64,000 nucleotides of DNA from Adineta vaga. Its lineage: Eukaryota > Animalia > Rotifera. A program made the position numbers and the translations under genes. Each line of letters opens with the position of its first letter. Within the stretch, counting starts at the first letter, position 1. The notes beneath the pieces were generated by a model that saw only the letters and a list, made by a program, of their open reading frames with translations, ran no database searches and was not told where the DNA came from. Below, in pieces: positions 1-14,578 of this stretch. Where the stretch lies: contig CP075495.1 in assembly GCA_021613535.1 (NCBI GenBank), positions 8,246,001 through 8,310,000 of the forward strand. The letters run 5' to 3'.

Positions 1-2358
1 CATCGTTTCGAGAGACACCATCGCTTATGACGAAATGATTGAGAAAAGAAGAGAATAAAGAGGGTGTGTCGAAAAAACATTCAAGTATTGGTTGATTTAT
101 TCTCTTATTCTCTCTCTTTCTTTCTTACATTTCATTTGAATCGTTTAAGATAATGGACTCGAGCCAAAAAAATTAAACATACAAAAAAAGATTCAGTTGA
201 ATATTATCACGTCGAGCTTTCATCGGAGAGTGTATTTCATTAAAAAAACGAACGAAAGAAAGAAAGAAAGAAAGGAAGAAAGGCTAGAGCATATGAAGTA
301 TATGATGCATTGATGCAATGGTTGACATATACGTCAATGTAGTGTATTGATTTATTTATTTCTTTCTTTCTTTTCATATCGAATATTCTACATCATTATA
401 GTAAGGAGAAAAATGTCATGTTAGCATGACGTTGCATTTGTTCCTTAAATTTCAAATCGAACTTTTAATTCAATCGAAATGACTCAAGATGAATTTAATT
501 CATCTCTTGATTAGAATATTGCGTCGATTGATAAAAAGTATATGAATAATCATAACTTGAAAGGAACAGATTAGATGATCACGCGTTCTTAAATCATGTG
601 AACAGAGTGACGACATATTCGCTTGATACTTACTTGAATATCTATAAATTGTAGACAAAGTCTTATTTCTTTACGAAATATTCAATGAAGACAATAGTTG
701 AACAGTGAATATATTTTCTTTTCTGTTCAATTTTACACATGATTGACCATATCATCGAATAGAAGGATACGAGACAACGAATATTAATCCTTCATTTAAC
801 CGAAACTATTCATCATGTTGTTTTCTTGTTGATGATGATACACGAAAAACAAATAACGTCATTATTTTTCTGTTTTTTTCGGAATATTTGATAAATTATA
901 CTGCTTCGCTTATATTATCGTTATGTTAATCAATATATGAAGATATTATATGGAAGTGATCGTACTCATTCGTTTCGATAAAAAGAAGTTAAAAAATATC
1001 TATTTTAATACTATTTATAGATGTTGAGAATGAAAAGTAAAATAAAAGCAGATGGTTTTTTAGGTGGATTTAGTTTTTTTTACAGATTAAATATCTTTAA
1101 TAATCATAGAACAAGTAACTTGTTTGGGAATAAATTGCAGACGATTTCTTTGGAGATATGATGACTTTTACTGTCTTTTGTATCAATTTAAGACTATTGT
1201 TTCTATATTGTCAAATATTCAATCTTTAATTTGTCTATGATAAAAGCATTTCAATATCACTAGATTCAAAAAATTCGATGTTGCATTCAAAAGCTCGTGT
1301 CCATATATTCGACTGATTTTTTACTTTCGTTACTCGTTTCATATTTTTCTCTTTTCCTATCACTTTCGAATATTCACATGGATACACACACCCCCTTAAC
1401 TACAATCTCTTTTGACTATTTCCTCATTCCATTTAGCGTCAACTGACACACCCACTATGCATCATATTAAATAAATCATACTTTATTGCGTCTTTTCCAA
1501 CGACGCAGTTTATATATATATATATATTATATCTTTCTTTGTGTGTCTCTCCCCCCATTTTTACCATATCATACTATACTTTAGGGTCGTTCGATAACAG
1601 GAACAAGACAAGAATGTTCTTTGCTTCTTCAACCTCTATATGTAACAAATATTCGATATTGAAATTGTATTCTATTGCGTTGTTCGGTTTCTTTGCACAT
1701 TAAATATCTGCACATAAAAACGAAAACAGAGAGAATGTGTGCTCGAATTTCTCTTGTAGTTCAATGAATAACAACATAAAATGTTGTGTATGTAATTTAG
1801 AAATACAAATGTAGTTTAATTGAATTCTTCATCTATCGTCACCTTGTGGGAATAACAATAAATGTACACATTAGGGAATGTTACATCCCAGAAATGTTGA
1901 TCATTTACATATAAACAATCTACCATCGAAATTTTTTTTTGTTTTCTGTTTACGATCTTAGTAATATCTACTCAGCTGTAGAAAAGCATGATTTATTCTA
2001 GTAGAATGTTGGTTCTAACCACACTATCGTACAAAATGTTTTATTATTTATTTAGATCCTATTTCTTTTCCAGCTAGGCACATTTTGAATTATTCATCAT
2101 ATTTTCCTACAGGATATCATATAAAAATTCATTTCAAATTGTTGATTCTTTGCTTCTATCTACTATACGGGCTTGATCTTCAAAGCATGAATCAATAACA
2201 GCTGAAAAACGTGCTATTTTTCCTACTAATCTAATAAGACAACAATGATCATCCGGTGTTTTTGTTTCTTCAAATAGATATATATATATATATATTTCTA
2301 CAATAATCGAGTCTTTTTATTTTCAGAAAAAATCTTCAAAAAAAAACTGCTTTCAACC

Positions 2359-4987
2359 ATGACTGTTCCATCCATAATGCAGAAATCATTCGATGATGTT
2401 TATGATGAATTTCTCTTTGCATGTTCTCATGGTGATTATCTTTCCGTTGAACATCTTCTTCAAAATGGTAATATAAGTTACACAGATATATCAACAACCA
2501 AGGATGACGAAAAATTTTCACCTATTGTCATTGCTATTGAACATAATCATCTTGAAGTGATTAAAATATTACTTGATCGTTTACCTTATAATGAGTTTCG
2601 TGAAGCACTTCTTCTCGCAATTTATCTTGATTTAACGAAAATTGCTCAATTTATCATGGAACATGACACATTTAAATGTTTCTATGGAACATTTGCTGAT
2701 TGGCAAACAGATTCGGTTCAAACATATGATGAATCACATTTTGCTTCGATACGACCAATTCAATTAGCAGCACAATATAATCGAACAACGATTCTATATA
2801 ATTTCCTTAAAAAAGGTATCTATAGTTTTGATTTTGAATAATAAAATTCTTTTTTCTTTTCTTTTTTCCTGGTGAACGTATCGAAGTACCACATAATATT
2901 GAATGTACATGTAATGAATGTAAATCAGCTGGTTTAAGTGATAGTTTACGTCATTCTCAACTTCGTTTATCTGCATATCGTGGTCTTTCATCTGATGTCT
3001 ATCTTGCTTTAGTATCAAAAGATCCAATAACAAAAGCGTTCGCTCTAAGTAATGATTTATCTATATTGATTATAAATGAACCTCATTTTCGAAGTGAGTA
3101 TTCATATTTACGCAATCAAATATCACATTTTACTGCAAATCTTCTTGATCATATTCGAAATCAAATTGAACTAGAAGTATTATTAACAAATGAACGATTA
3201 GATTCTGCTATTGAACATAATCAATACGAATTTATTACTCATACGACTACACAACAACGTTTAACTGATCTCTGGTATCAAAATATTGATTTAGTTCGAT
3301 ATGATACATTAAGAAAACGAATTTTAGCATCAATCTATTATTTTATCATATATATTCCAATGTATATCGCTTATTTTTGGTTACCATTTCATTTTGAACA
3401 TCGATGTCGATGGTATTTCAAACAAGCAGCTATTCAAGCATTAATGCATACGATTACATATGATATTTTTCTATTAATGTTAATATTTTCCAGTATATTA
3501 AAATCTTATGAAACATTACTCGATGATCAATATTCAAATATATCATCTTACTATCATCGATTATTATCCATGGACAAGAGAACACTTTATTGTAAAGAAA
3601 CAATTGTAACATCATTGGAAATTTTCCTTCTTATCTGGATGGTTGGTTATGTTCAACGAAATGTTAGTCGAATAATTCGCGAACGACGACAATTAGAAAT
3701 AATGGATATATCAACAACAATTTTATTCATTTTATATATTTTGCTATTTACAACTGCGGCAATACAAAGTCATATCGAATGGAAATTTATTCTTGATATT
3801 AATCAATGGAACTATTTTGAACGATTACATAATGGTAAGAGATATTCTTCATGAAATGAATTCTTTGTTTATTTATTTGTTTATTAGGAAGTCAAATATC
3901 AAATGAATATAAACAATTAAAATATCGATATGAAAATAGTTTTATTATCTATAAAAATAAGGATAGTCTCGAACAAAATGATATAAAAATAGTTAGTGAT
4001 GTTATTTTTACGTTAATTCTTGTCTTTTGCATTGTTCATCTATGTTTTTTCTTATTAATTAGTGAATATTTCGGTCCACTTCTAGTTTCATTAACTATTA
4101 TGAGTAAAATTATTCATCGATGGTTTATTTTTATTCTAATTTTCATCTTAGCATATCAAACATCTTTTCTACATTTATTTTCCTATTATTTTCATGAAGA
4201 AGAATACAAATATGTTTATCTAAATAATACCGATTCAAATCGAAAACTTGCACAAATCATCATAAGTTATCCTAATCTCAAACGTTTGATCATTAATGTT
4301 TTCTATACATTATTTGGTATTGTTCAAAATGAATTAACAAAAACATATACAAATAAAAGTAACATTGGTTTTACAGATTTTATAAATCATACACATGATT
4401 ATTATCTTTTAAATTCTTTTACATTAACAACTGGTTCATTCATCTATGGATCATTTGCATTTGGTGCACGTATTATTCTTATAACAATGATTATTGCTTA
4501 TATAAAATTACTTTATAAATTAAATAAACAACAAGCATTAAACGATTGGAAATTGGCTCGTGCAACATTATTTATGAAATATATTTCTAAAGATCCGGAT
4601 ATTTTACCAGTTCCATTAAATCTTATTCCTACACCAAAACATTTAATAAATTTATTTCGAAAAAAATCTGTACAAAAAACGACAAAACAGAAAACATTTA
4701 CACAAGAAAATTATTTACGAAGTTTAAATTATATTTCTCATGAATATAATTCTAAGAAAACACCAACAAGTGAAGAAGTAATGAATTGTATTGTTTTACG
4801 TTTTCTTACTGAATCGTATCCGTTCGATATACAATCATCGAAACGTACAAGACAAATACAATATAAAGAAGAATTATCCAATATTCGACATCATGTTAGT
4901 GAAGAAATTCAAATGATTCAACAAGAAAATCAAACATTGAATAAACATATTTCAACAGTTTTTTTCGATTTGGATAAATATGAATAG
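2359..4987 (+). CDS. TRPC-like cation channel, copy 1 (3 coding exons: ~2359-2815, ~2872-3834, 3888-4987)
   Basis: N-terminal ankyrin repeats, the TRP_2 Cys/His motif (PHNIECTCNEC...DSLRHSQLRLSAYRGL), TM helices, pore FYTLFG, TRP box DWKLAR and LPVPLNLIPTPK. Exons join in frame. Confidence 0.88.
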
Positions 4988-5386
4988 GTTGGGGTTTTTT
5001 TTCTTGATTTAGTCGTAAATGTGCTTTTGTTGAATAAGAAAAAAAAGAAAGGAAAATGTCAAAGGCAACGTAATTAACACTATTTGTATGATTTATTGTT
5101 GGTTTTAGTACTAACTATATTATATGAGAAGTCGTGACAAGAGAAATAGAAGTACATCATCCAAGTATAAATTGCACGAATGTAGATAGACTTTAGAAAA
5201 GTAAATATATCCATGGATTAGAAATCGTTTCCAATACTTTTAGTTTTTCTTCGAGAAAACAATTGATGTGTCATAAAATAGGATATAATCTTGCATGTTC
5301 AAACTACTTTTCTAAATAACTGATCATCTATGCTCTTCAGGCTTTTCAACCACCATTCATTTTCTCACTAGAATACAAAAGAAAAC

Positions 5387-8300
5387 ATGACAGAAACTCA
5401 TCGTATCCTTCATGGTACAATACATGAGATATCTACATCAACTTTAACAACTTATACATATTTTAATCGAACATTTGATGACCTAACAGATTTATTTATT
5501 TTTGCATGTACACATGGAAATTATGTACTTGTCTATAAACTTTTACAAGAAGGAACAGTCAAAGCTGATTCATCGAATAAAATAGGTAAAAGTGCACTTC
5601 AATTAGCTATTGAAAATGAACATGATGAAGTTGTTAAAATTCTTCTCGATTACATTCCTTATGAACAATATCGTGATGCACTTCTTTTATCGATTTATTT
5701 AAATCATACCAGTATTGCGAATTTAATTTTAAATCATCCAATATATCAAACGTTTACCGGTAAATTTCTTAATCCAGTAGATCCCGAAGCTTATGATGAT
5801 TCACAATTTAGTTCCGATATAAGTAAATCTTTGAAACAATTTCTTCAAATCATATTGATATATATTTATTTCATAGCTCCACTCATTCTTGCTGCACAAT
5901 ATAATCGTTTACCAATTATTCATTATTTATTAGCGCAAGGTGAACGTATAGAAAAGCCTCATCAAAATACATGTATTTGCACGAAATGTGTGAATAATTC
6001 TAAATTAGATTCATTCCGTCAATCTCAAAATCGCTTATCGGCATATAAAGGTTTAGCATCGGAAGTTTATATTGCATTACTTTATCCTGATCCGATTTTA
6101 CATGCATTTCAATTAGGTCAAGAATTACGAGAACTTGCCAAAATTGAACATTATTTTTCTGCAGATTATAAGAAATTAGCTGAACAATTATCTCGATTTG
6201 TTGCCCGATTACTTGATAATATACGCGGATGTGAAGAATTAGAAATCGTTTTAAATAAAACTGGTTTACCTAACGAAGAAAAATATGAAAGTTTAGCACG
6301 CTTTGATTTAGCTATTCAATATAGAGAAAAACCATTTGTATCACATTCAAATTGTCAACAAAATTTAATCGATAATTGGTATGCAAATCTATCGATTATT
6401 CAAAATACTGATGTTTTCAAACGAAGTCTTTTTTATCTGGCTTATTTTATTTGTTTTCCATTTCTAGCTATCACTTATTATCTATTTCCAAAATCAAGAA
6501 TGGGATCATTGGTATGTAATGAATATCTTTCTTATCGTTCGATGATTATGAATTACGTCATGACCTTCTTCTTCTTCTTTTTCTCAATTTAAGTGTCAAC
6601 AACCCAATTTGAAATTCAAAGCTTATATTGCATCTTATTTGATATTTATTATCTTAAATATTGCATCTAGTTATTTTTCTGCTAATCATATTAAAACAAC
6701 AAGATTTCTTTCTGATTATGACCAAAGACTTTATACAAACTATATTCAATATATTTATCAAAATACAGAATTAAGAAATTATATCAATGGAATAGACAAT
6801 GATACAGTTCATTCACTAGTCGATTGTGATATAAGTCTTCGATTTTTCACACCAAATCTATTTCAAATTGCTATGTCAATATGGGTTATTGGATTTTCTT
6901 GGAATGAATTCAAACAAATTGCAGATACAGGATTAAAGGTTTATTTAAAAGTTGCCAGTAAGTAGACAATATTTTTCTCTCAGAATCGAATCGAATGTTT
7001 TTATTAAAGGTAATTATGTTGATTGTTCAATGAATATTCTCTATATACTTTATTTTATTTTTCTTTATTCTTCAATGATCTTTACTCGTCTAGCAATGAA
7101 TATATTTCAATCAACAACTTATTGGACAAATCTTGCTCGATATAGTACAATGACAAATGCAGAAAAACAATACTATATTTCTCAAACTCGACATATTTTA
7201 TATTGGTTAAATGCTGATCGATTCTATTGGAAGGCTACTGATTTAAATAACTTAGCTGAAGCATTTTTTGCTATGGGAATTGTTGTTAGTATATGTCGAA
7301 TGTGTTTTCTATTGCCAATTATTCCATTTGTTGGACCATTACAAGTAAAAATTAAACTGAAATAAATAGAAATTCAAAGATCAATCATTTTCATTCTAGG
7401 TCATGTTAGATTATATGATGATCGATATATCAAAATGGATTTTTATCATTGTAATCTTTTTCATATCATTTGCATGCGCATTATTTTCAATCTTTTCCTA
7501 TTTTGCTGTCAATCTTCAACAACAGATAAGTCTCTTTCAAACATCATTAAATGTGAATTCATCAATCGAAATTTCGAATATCACACTATTCAATCAATCT
7601 ACATGTTCAGATTATTTTTATGAACTTTTAAACGGATCGATTCCATTCATAATGAGCATTGTAGAAGATACGAATGATATTAACAATGCGAATGATTCCT
7701 GTCAACAAGCATCAACTTATCAATTGTATCAAAATATTGAGACATATCCAGCAATTAATTATTTTGGTCAATCATTTGATTCAACATTATTGACAACATT
7801 TTTTACATTATTTGGAGTGATTGGAGATGGTACATCAGTATGTAGTCAAAGCTGACGAGACCGTTTCAAAGAAACTCTACATCGATAATTTCTTGTTTTA
7901 GAATCGTGGCTATGAATTACAAGCAGATTCGTCTTGTCAATCTGATCCTAATAGTTATTTACCTGGTTTTGATAATTTTGTATCAAATCTGGGTTTTATT
8001 ATCTATGGTCTATTTACATTTATATGTATTACAGTTCTAATTAATACATTAATTGCAATGTTGGAAGAAACGATTAAAGATATTGATAATCGTGCTGATA
8101 TTGAATGGAAATATGCACGTTCGAAACTCTATATGGAATATATCAGAAACGGTAAAGATAAAACTACTCTATCAAAATGAATATTTTTTTTTATTGAATT
8201 TTACTTCTAGGAAATCCTCTTCCAGTTCCATTGAATATTCTTCCAACCCCAACAGCAATTAATAATTTTTTTCATTATATTAAGAAAATAATTCTTCGAA

Positions 8301-8707
8301 AAAACTACTCATATGATAATAATACAGAAACATCAGTTGGCAATCGACGAAATTCTGATTCTGAATCAATCAGTTTTGATAACGAAGGAATCTTTAATCG
8401 TAGACAATCATACATTTCGAATAAAAAATTAACTTATAAAAAAGTAATTGAACGTGTTATAAAACGTTTTTTACTTTATTATAAAGATCTTCGTATTGGT
8501 TTACCTGATAACAAAGATACTTTGAAACTTCGAGAATTGCAAAATGATGTATTTGCACTTCATTTTGAATTAACAAATAATATCGATGAGTTTAATGAAA
8601 TGTATACGTCAATGGAACAATCAATGAATGACTTCAATACGACTTTAAATGCATATTTTGATTTACAACATATTAAAGAACATTTCAATAATCAAAACAT
8701 ATCATAA
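5387..8707 (+). CDS. TRPC-like cation channel, copy 2 (7 coding exons)
   Basis: Ankyrin repeats, SQFSSDITPLILAAQ, PHQNTCICTKC, AYKGLAS, DPILHAFQL, FVSHSNCQQ, GPLQV, FFTLFG, TRP box EWKYARSKL, LPVPLNILPTP. Six GT-AG introns. Confidence 0.92.
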
Positions 8708-8882
8708 TATTGCCTTATGTCTGCTTAGCTTTCTCTTGTTTATGAATCAATAAGAAATATGTCGAAAAGACTTTTATTTAGAATAAAATCTTATTTGTTC
8801 TTCTAGAGACTTTTATTTTGTGCGATAAAGGATTTCTTTTAACGTATAATGTATAAAAAAATACGTAGATATATAAGTAAGG

Positions 8883-9835
8883 TTAAGCTAATTTTCTTTG
8901 TTTTTTATCGTGTACAGTGATTTCATCATCCTGAACACCTTTTTGTTGAACATTTTGATTATTCTTGCCACTAATTAATGATGTATGACCACTCTTATTT
9001 CGTCCCCAATTGATAATCAATGTTTCACGAATACAGAACAACATGATAGAAATTTGTGCAATGGAAAAGAAACACCAAATTGATGCTTGTTCCATTAAGT
9101 TTGGCGTAATTAAAGCAGCTAAATAAGGTCCGAAAACGAATAAGAAGATACCTTGAATAACCATTCCTTTCTTTTCATATAAAGCAAAAAATGGTGCAAA
9201 CATTAAAAATGAATGGATAGCTGCACCAGGTATGATATATGTTGGATCAGCCATTGGAACAGACCAAGCAAGATGATAGTTTCCTATAAATATAATTCAT
9301 TAGACCAAAGATAATAATAAATATTTTCGTACCTCGGAATGTGCATAATTTTGAACCACGTAACCATTCGGTTGATGGACCATTCATTGTTTGTGGCCAT
9401 TGATAAGCTAATAAAAATCGACCAAATAACATAGTGCCACCTAAAATAAGTAGAATGTATATGGATTAATGTTCATTGACATTTTAGAGAAAGAAAAACT
9501 TTACCAATTAAACATAAACGTTTGATTACTAAGTAACGATCAATGTATTTGGCATTTTTTGTCAATGATGCATTGATAACATGACAAAAGTAAGGTTGTA
9601 AACAGATATGTAAATATCCTGCAATTGTTAAAACTTGATTGATAACTGTGTCGCAAATTGGTGAGTCAATATTTGGTGCAATAAAGAAATATTGAATGGC
9701 TTGTAATAGTTCCATAGTGAAAAAGAAGAAAACACCACTCGCTAATTGAGTATTTGATGTTTTCGACCATATCCACCATGATGAAAAAAGACCTATAGCT
9801 GCAAAAGCAGCAGACATTTCCATAGAAAAGCACAT
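8883..9835 (-). CDS. DUF5765-like multi-pass membrane protein (HGT candidate), 2 introns
   Basis: MCFS start, FTMELLQAIQY, GYLHICLQPYF, LCTFRG and ASIWCFFS resemble DUF5765 proteins as recalled. Introns at ~9441-9504 and ~9284-9332. Confidence 0.7.
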
Positions 9836-10672
9836 TGTTCTAATGTTGTCGAACGGATTCTATATTCTTTGAATATAAATATATCGCACTAGTGGTCCAA
9901 CAAAGCGTGCAAGTGTAAGTGCAACTGTAATGATGGTGATGGTGTGATGTTGTTTTTCTCTTATCTATATCTATATAGATCTAGGGCAAATAAAGAAAAC
10001 AACCAATGAAAATATTTATAAAAGAACGATAGATAGATGGAGGAATGAACTTTTATCTTTTTTTCTTTCTGTATGCATGTATTTTTCTATTTTTGTTTCC
10101 ATGCAAAAACAAGATCTGCTTGCTTCAGTACATTCTATGAGTAATAAGATGGCGTTAGTAAACATCCGATCTACTTTTCTTATTGATGAATAATATCGAA
10201 AGAAACTGGCATTTCATTGGAGCGAACCTGTAGTAAACAAGACGGCTGAATGAGTGAGCGTTGCGTATAGAAGATTTTAATGAATTATACTCTATTAAGC
10301 AAGAAGTGTGTCAAGCTTTATCGTTCGATAAAACAGAGGCATATATAGGTCACTTTGATCACTGTGTATATCAAACAAAGGATCGATTTTTTAAACTGAA
10401 ACTCTTTATAAGTAATCAATTTGCTAATTAGATAATCATGTGAAATCGATTTTTTAATCACATTTATTTCTCTCATTGTGTCTTATAAATAGATAAATAC
10501 GAAATAAAGTAAAGATATTTATCGATTATATTCAGCAAAATGGATTCTTTCACTATTCAAACTCGAGATATGATCATTTTACAGCAATACACATGTACAT
10601 GTCATACAACTACTATTGTTAGCGAAGAGAAGATTTGTTAGTAGGAAGGAGATGTTTTTATCAAAATCAAAG

Positions 10673-12504
10673 TTAATTCTCAGCAGTTATATATGCAATA
10701 TACACTGCTGTTTGTCCACCATTAGCACTTGAAGTAAATTCAACACCAACTTCTCTTATATCCGATAGTGATGATGATGGAATAGTATTCAAATTGAGAA
10801 CAACTTGTGTGGCTGAATTGCTATTTAATTGTGTCAAACCAGAATCATACCATGTCCATGATGATCCGCTTTTAATATAAAGTTTTGCACCCATGGTACC
10901 ACCCGATGAAAATCCCCATGAAGCAGTTCGAGCACGAACAACTAATCGTTGATAACTACCAAATGTAAATGTCGATGCTTGATTTGTATATATAGAAGAT
11001 TTACCACCTTGATATAATTGAACATCAGCTTTGAGACTATCAGTTGATGAATAAGTAAATTCATTTGATTGCCATGGACCACCATTTACACTTCCACCTT
11101 GCCATTGACCAATACCATTTGAAAAATTATAAATTACAGTTGTAGATGATGATGAACTGCTACTTGACGATGTAGTTGAACCTGTTGATGAAACAGTCGA
11201 TTGGCTTGTAGTTGAAATTGTTGTTGTTATTGTTGTTGTTGTTGTAATTAAACTATTGTTCAAACTCATCCCATCTCGATTGATTACTCGATGATGATTA
11301 TAAAAAGCACATGCATATTTATTAGAAATAGGTGCCCAACCATCATTCCAAGCTAAGAAATAAGCCACTTGAGGGAATTTCGTTTCAATAGCAGTTAACC
11401 TTAATACAACAGATATTATACTTGAAGAAAAAAAAAACATCGTTTATTTTGTTTCTAATTACCAGCGAGTATATTCAAATTGATTATTGACTGTACTTGG
11501 TCCAATTTCACCAAGAGCAAAAACTTTATTTAAAGTGATCATTTCATCATATCCATTCATATTATTCTAAAACAAAAGTAACAATCAACATAAAAATATA
11601 ATTCAAAATTCTATTCCTTACTGGATCATCTGTGTAAACATCAAGTGCAACAATATCAACATATGCACTGCCAGGATAATAAGCCAATCGATTTCCACGA
11701 CTATGATCTGGTGAATAAACCCAAAGAAGATTGTGTAAGTTCTTTGTAGTTGTCAAATAATTAAACATATCTATCCACACATTTTTGAATGTTTGTGCAT
11801 CCTATTGATGAGTGAAAGAACATTGTTTGTTTGTTTGTTTGTTTGTTTGTTTGTTTGCTTACCTGATTACCCCAATAAAACCATTCACCATTCATTTCGT
11901 GAAATGGACGAAATAGAACAGTCACACCAGATTGTTGTAAATCGTCGAAACCGGCTGCCATTCGATCAAGAAATAGACGCCATCGTTGACCAGTTTGAGT
12001 GGCTGTATTTGTTAGATCAGCAAAATTCAGATTCCATCGATCTTTATATCCGCCACCATTTGATGAAACAGGATTCGGTAAATGCATATTAACCGTAACT
12101 AAACCACCTAAACTCCAATGAGTTTTTAATGCAGAATTACATGCATAATTGATTAAATCTTCAGGTGGTGTTTTATAATTCCAACCACATGCCCAATCAC
12201 AACCAAGAATGCCTGGTGTTCGACCAATCTGTTGTGTGATTTGATCAATGATACTTGTACTGAATGTATCTGGACTATAACCAGCAAATTGACCAGAGAG
12301 TACTTTTCCTACAAATAGATATAAATTTCAATCTGTTGAAATTTCATCATTAAAAAAAGTACCTTGTTGAGGTAATCCAGCGAGATAAGTAAGAACTTGT
12401 CTTGTTTTAGTATTAGCTGAACTATCAGCTGGTTGTTGTTGCGCCAAACATGAACATGACATAGATAGGAGAAAACAACAATTGACCAACAATTGCCAAT
12501 TCAT
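10673..12504 (-). CDS. Secreted GH26 endo-beta-1,4-mannanase with Ser/Thr linker and C-terminal CBM59-like module, 4 introns
   Basis: Signal peptide MNWQLLVNCCFLLSMSCSCLA. VLSGQFAGYSPDTFS, acid/base motif VLFRPFHEMNGEWFYWG, WVYSPD, YYPGSAYVDIVALDVY, nucleophile FALGEIGP, FLAWND. C-terminal SLKADV...GAKLYIKSGSSWTW...REVGVEF. Introns 12309-12362, 11802-11862, 11567-11621, 11400-11462. Confidence 0.92.
11823..11856. repeat. (TTTG)n microsatellite inside GH26 intron 2
   Basis: About 8 copies of TTTG are visible directly. Confidence 0.9.
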
Positions 12505-14578
12505 CTTGCAACGGTATGCACACTCGTAACAGATTCTTGTGAAGAAATCAATGAATGTATTCTGATTTTCTTCTCTCTATTTATATACATACAAGGAAAA
12601 TCAAGCAAAACGAAAATAGCTATCAACAAATGTCCTGTCAAGAATCTTATTCGTTGATTACCATCATATTTTTCAAAAAAAAAGGTTGTATACTTCAAAC
12701 ATAGCCTTCAACTTTTACAAAAACTTGCAATTTTCGTGCATATCTTCGATAAAAAAACATCAGCTGACATGAAGATTTGCTTACGTCACTGATGCAAAAG
12801 GTTACTAATAGATTATTTTATTGAATATAGATGCAATAACGATAGTATGTTGCGCCCTATATACCCCACGTGAAATCAATCATGTTTATTTCTTGCTTAT
12901 TAGAAATGCACTCATTTTTATTTTTATTTTTATATTTATCAAGGTCGGATGAACGAAAAATAATGCTTGAAAAACTTAATTGGATAAATAAATACTATCC
13001 ATAATTGTTGAGAAGAGTGAATAGAAAAAAAGTATTGCTGAACAGTATGAAGAGCAGATAAAACTGATGATTCATTTCATCAATATTGCATGAGTTCTAT
13101 TACTGGTAGGTAATCATACATCTTTGACTTGTTTCTATTTTGTTTATCTCATACAATATGTCAAAAAATATTATCACTGTGAAAAATCTATTCATTAAAA
13201 TATTCGGTAACATTTGTTTACCCCCAGTTATAGACGTCATCGAAGCTAAAAAAAAGTAGTAAATAACCAGTTTCCAATAGGTGCAACAAAATAATTGCAA
13301 GCATCTTTGCTATAAAAATCGTCATATACAATTTTCGATAAACTAGTATATAAAATATGATGAGGGAAGAGATTTTGTATGAAATAGATAGACGAATATC
13401 TCATTTTTAGCAGTTTATTTTCAATTTAAGAGCAATGATGATATCTGTTACTTTTGTTAACTAAAATTAACTACGACAATTTTTTATTTGTCAGATATTC
13501 TTATCTTTACGACATCGTCAGAGCACTATTTTCGGTATAATAATTGAACATTTTCTCTAAAACGTTCATTTGATCTTTTTTATATTTTACCAAACTTTTC
13601 AAATCAAGATCTTTCAATAAATCAACAAAACTTGGTTTCGTACGAGAACGCTCGCATCGATTAATATATCAAGAACATCAGCAATTTTTTTCATAAATAC
13701 GAACAACATCATTTAATTCATCTTTTGAAATGCGTGTAGCACTAAATAATTATCATCAAGGAGTGCAATTAGCAAATCCTCTCCTATAACGCATCTAGTC
13801 GTATTCGTTCTGTTCAAAAATATACTTAGAATTCCTTTTTTTGCAGTATTAAAACTAAATACGATAATCTTCAGAGTTCTATCAAAAAACATAATTTGAT
13901 GCACAAGGCAAAGTTTTTTATACTACGCAATAATAAGAAAATTTGTTTTGGAGTTACAGTACTGTTATTATTAATATTATGACTATCCCTAGAGTTTCAC
14001 ATACTTGTAGTAATGAAAAATATATGTAAATATAAATACGATGAAAAGTGATATGAGACGATTCTTGACTTTTAGTATATATTTCTATATATTTATAACG
14101 GCAAGATGATCTTATTTTGATGGGAAATTTGAACTCATTTACTTGATCGAAACTGATTTATCTGAAGTCAATTTTGTGTAGAACAATCGATAATCATTAA
14201 TCTGATTCGCGTATGGTTTTCATTACTATAAACTATTCACCAGACTAATAATTTTTTATTTCCTTGGATAATAAATGACGTTGTTTTAATCGTACTTATA
14301 TATTATTGCATTGAATCTTTATTACTATTGTTATAGATATGAATAATACTATTTATCTAAAACACAATTTCCTGTTTAGCCATATTGATTGGTTTCCGAA
14401 AATGTTTTTCTAATTTCTATCATACATATTCATACAGTAAGATCAAGATAAACAACAGAACGAATAGTCAGACAAAAAACATTCTTGCTTTTTTTTGTTG
14501 ATTAATGACAAAAACTTCCCAACCCTATTTATAAGTACTACATACAAGTTCGAAAATTATCATTTAACATCAAGAAAA

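Noticed and set aside
13100-13904. Short ORFs upstream of the mannanase
   Set aside because: No motifs or coherent exon structure.
14099-14120. GGCAAGATG miR-31-like seed
   Set aside because: Seed-only match with no hairpin.
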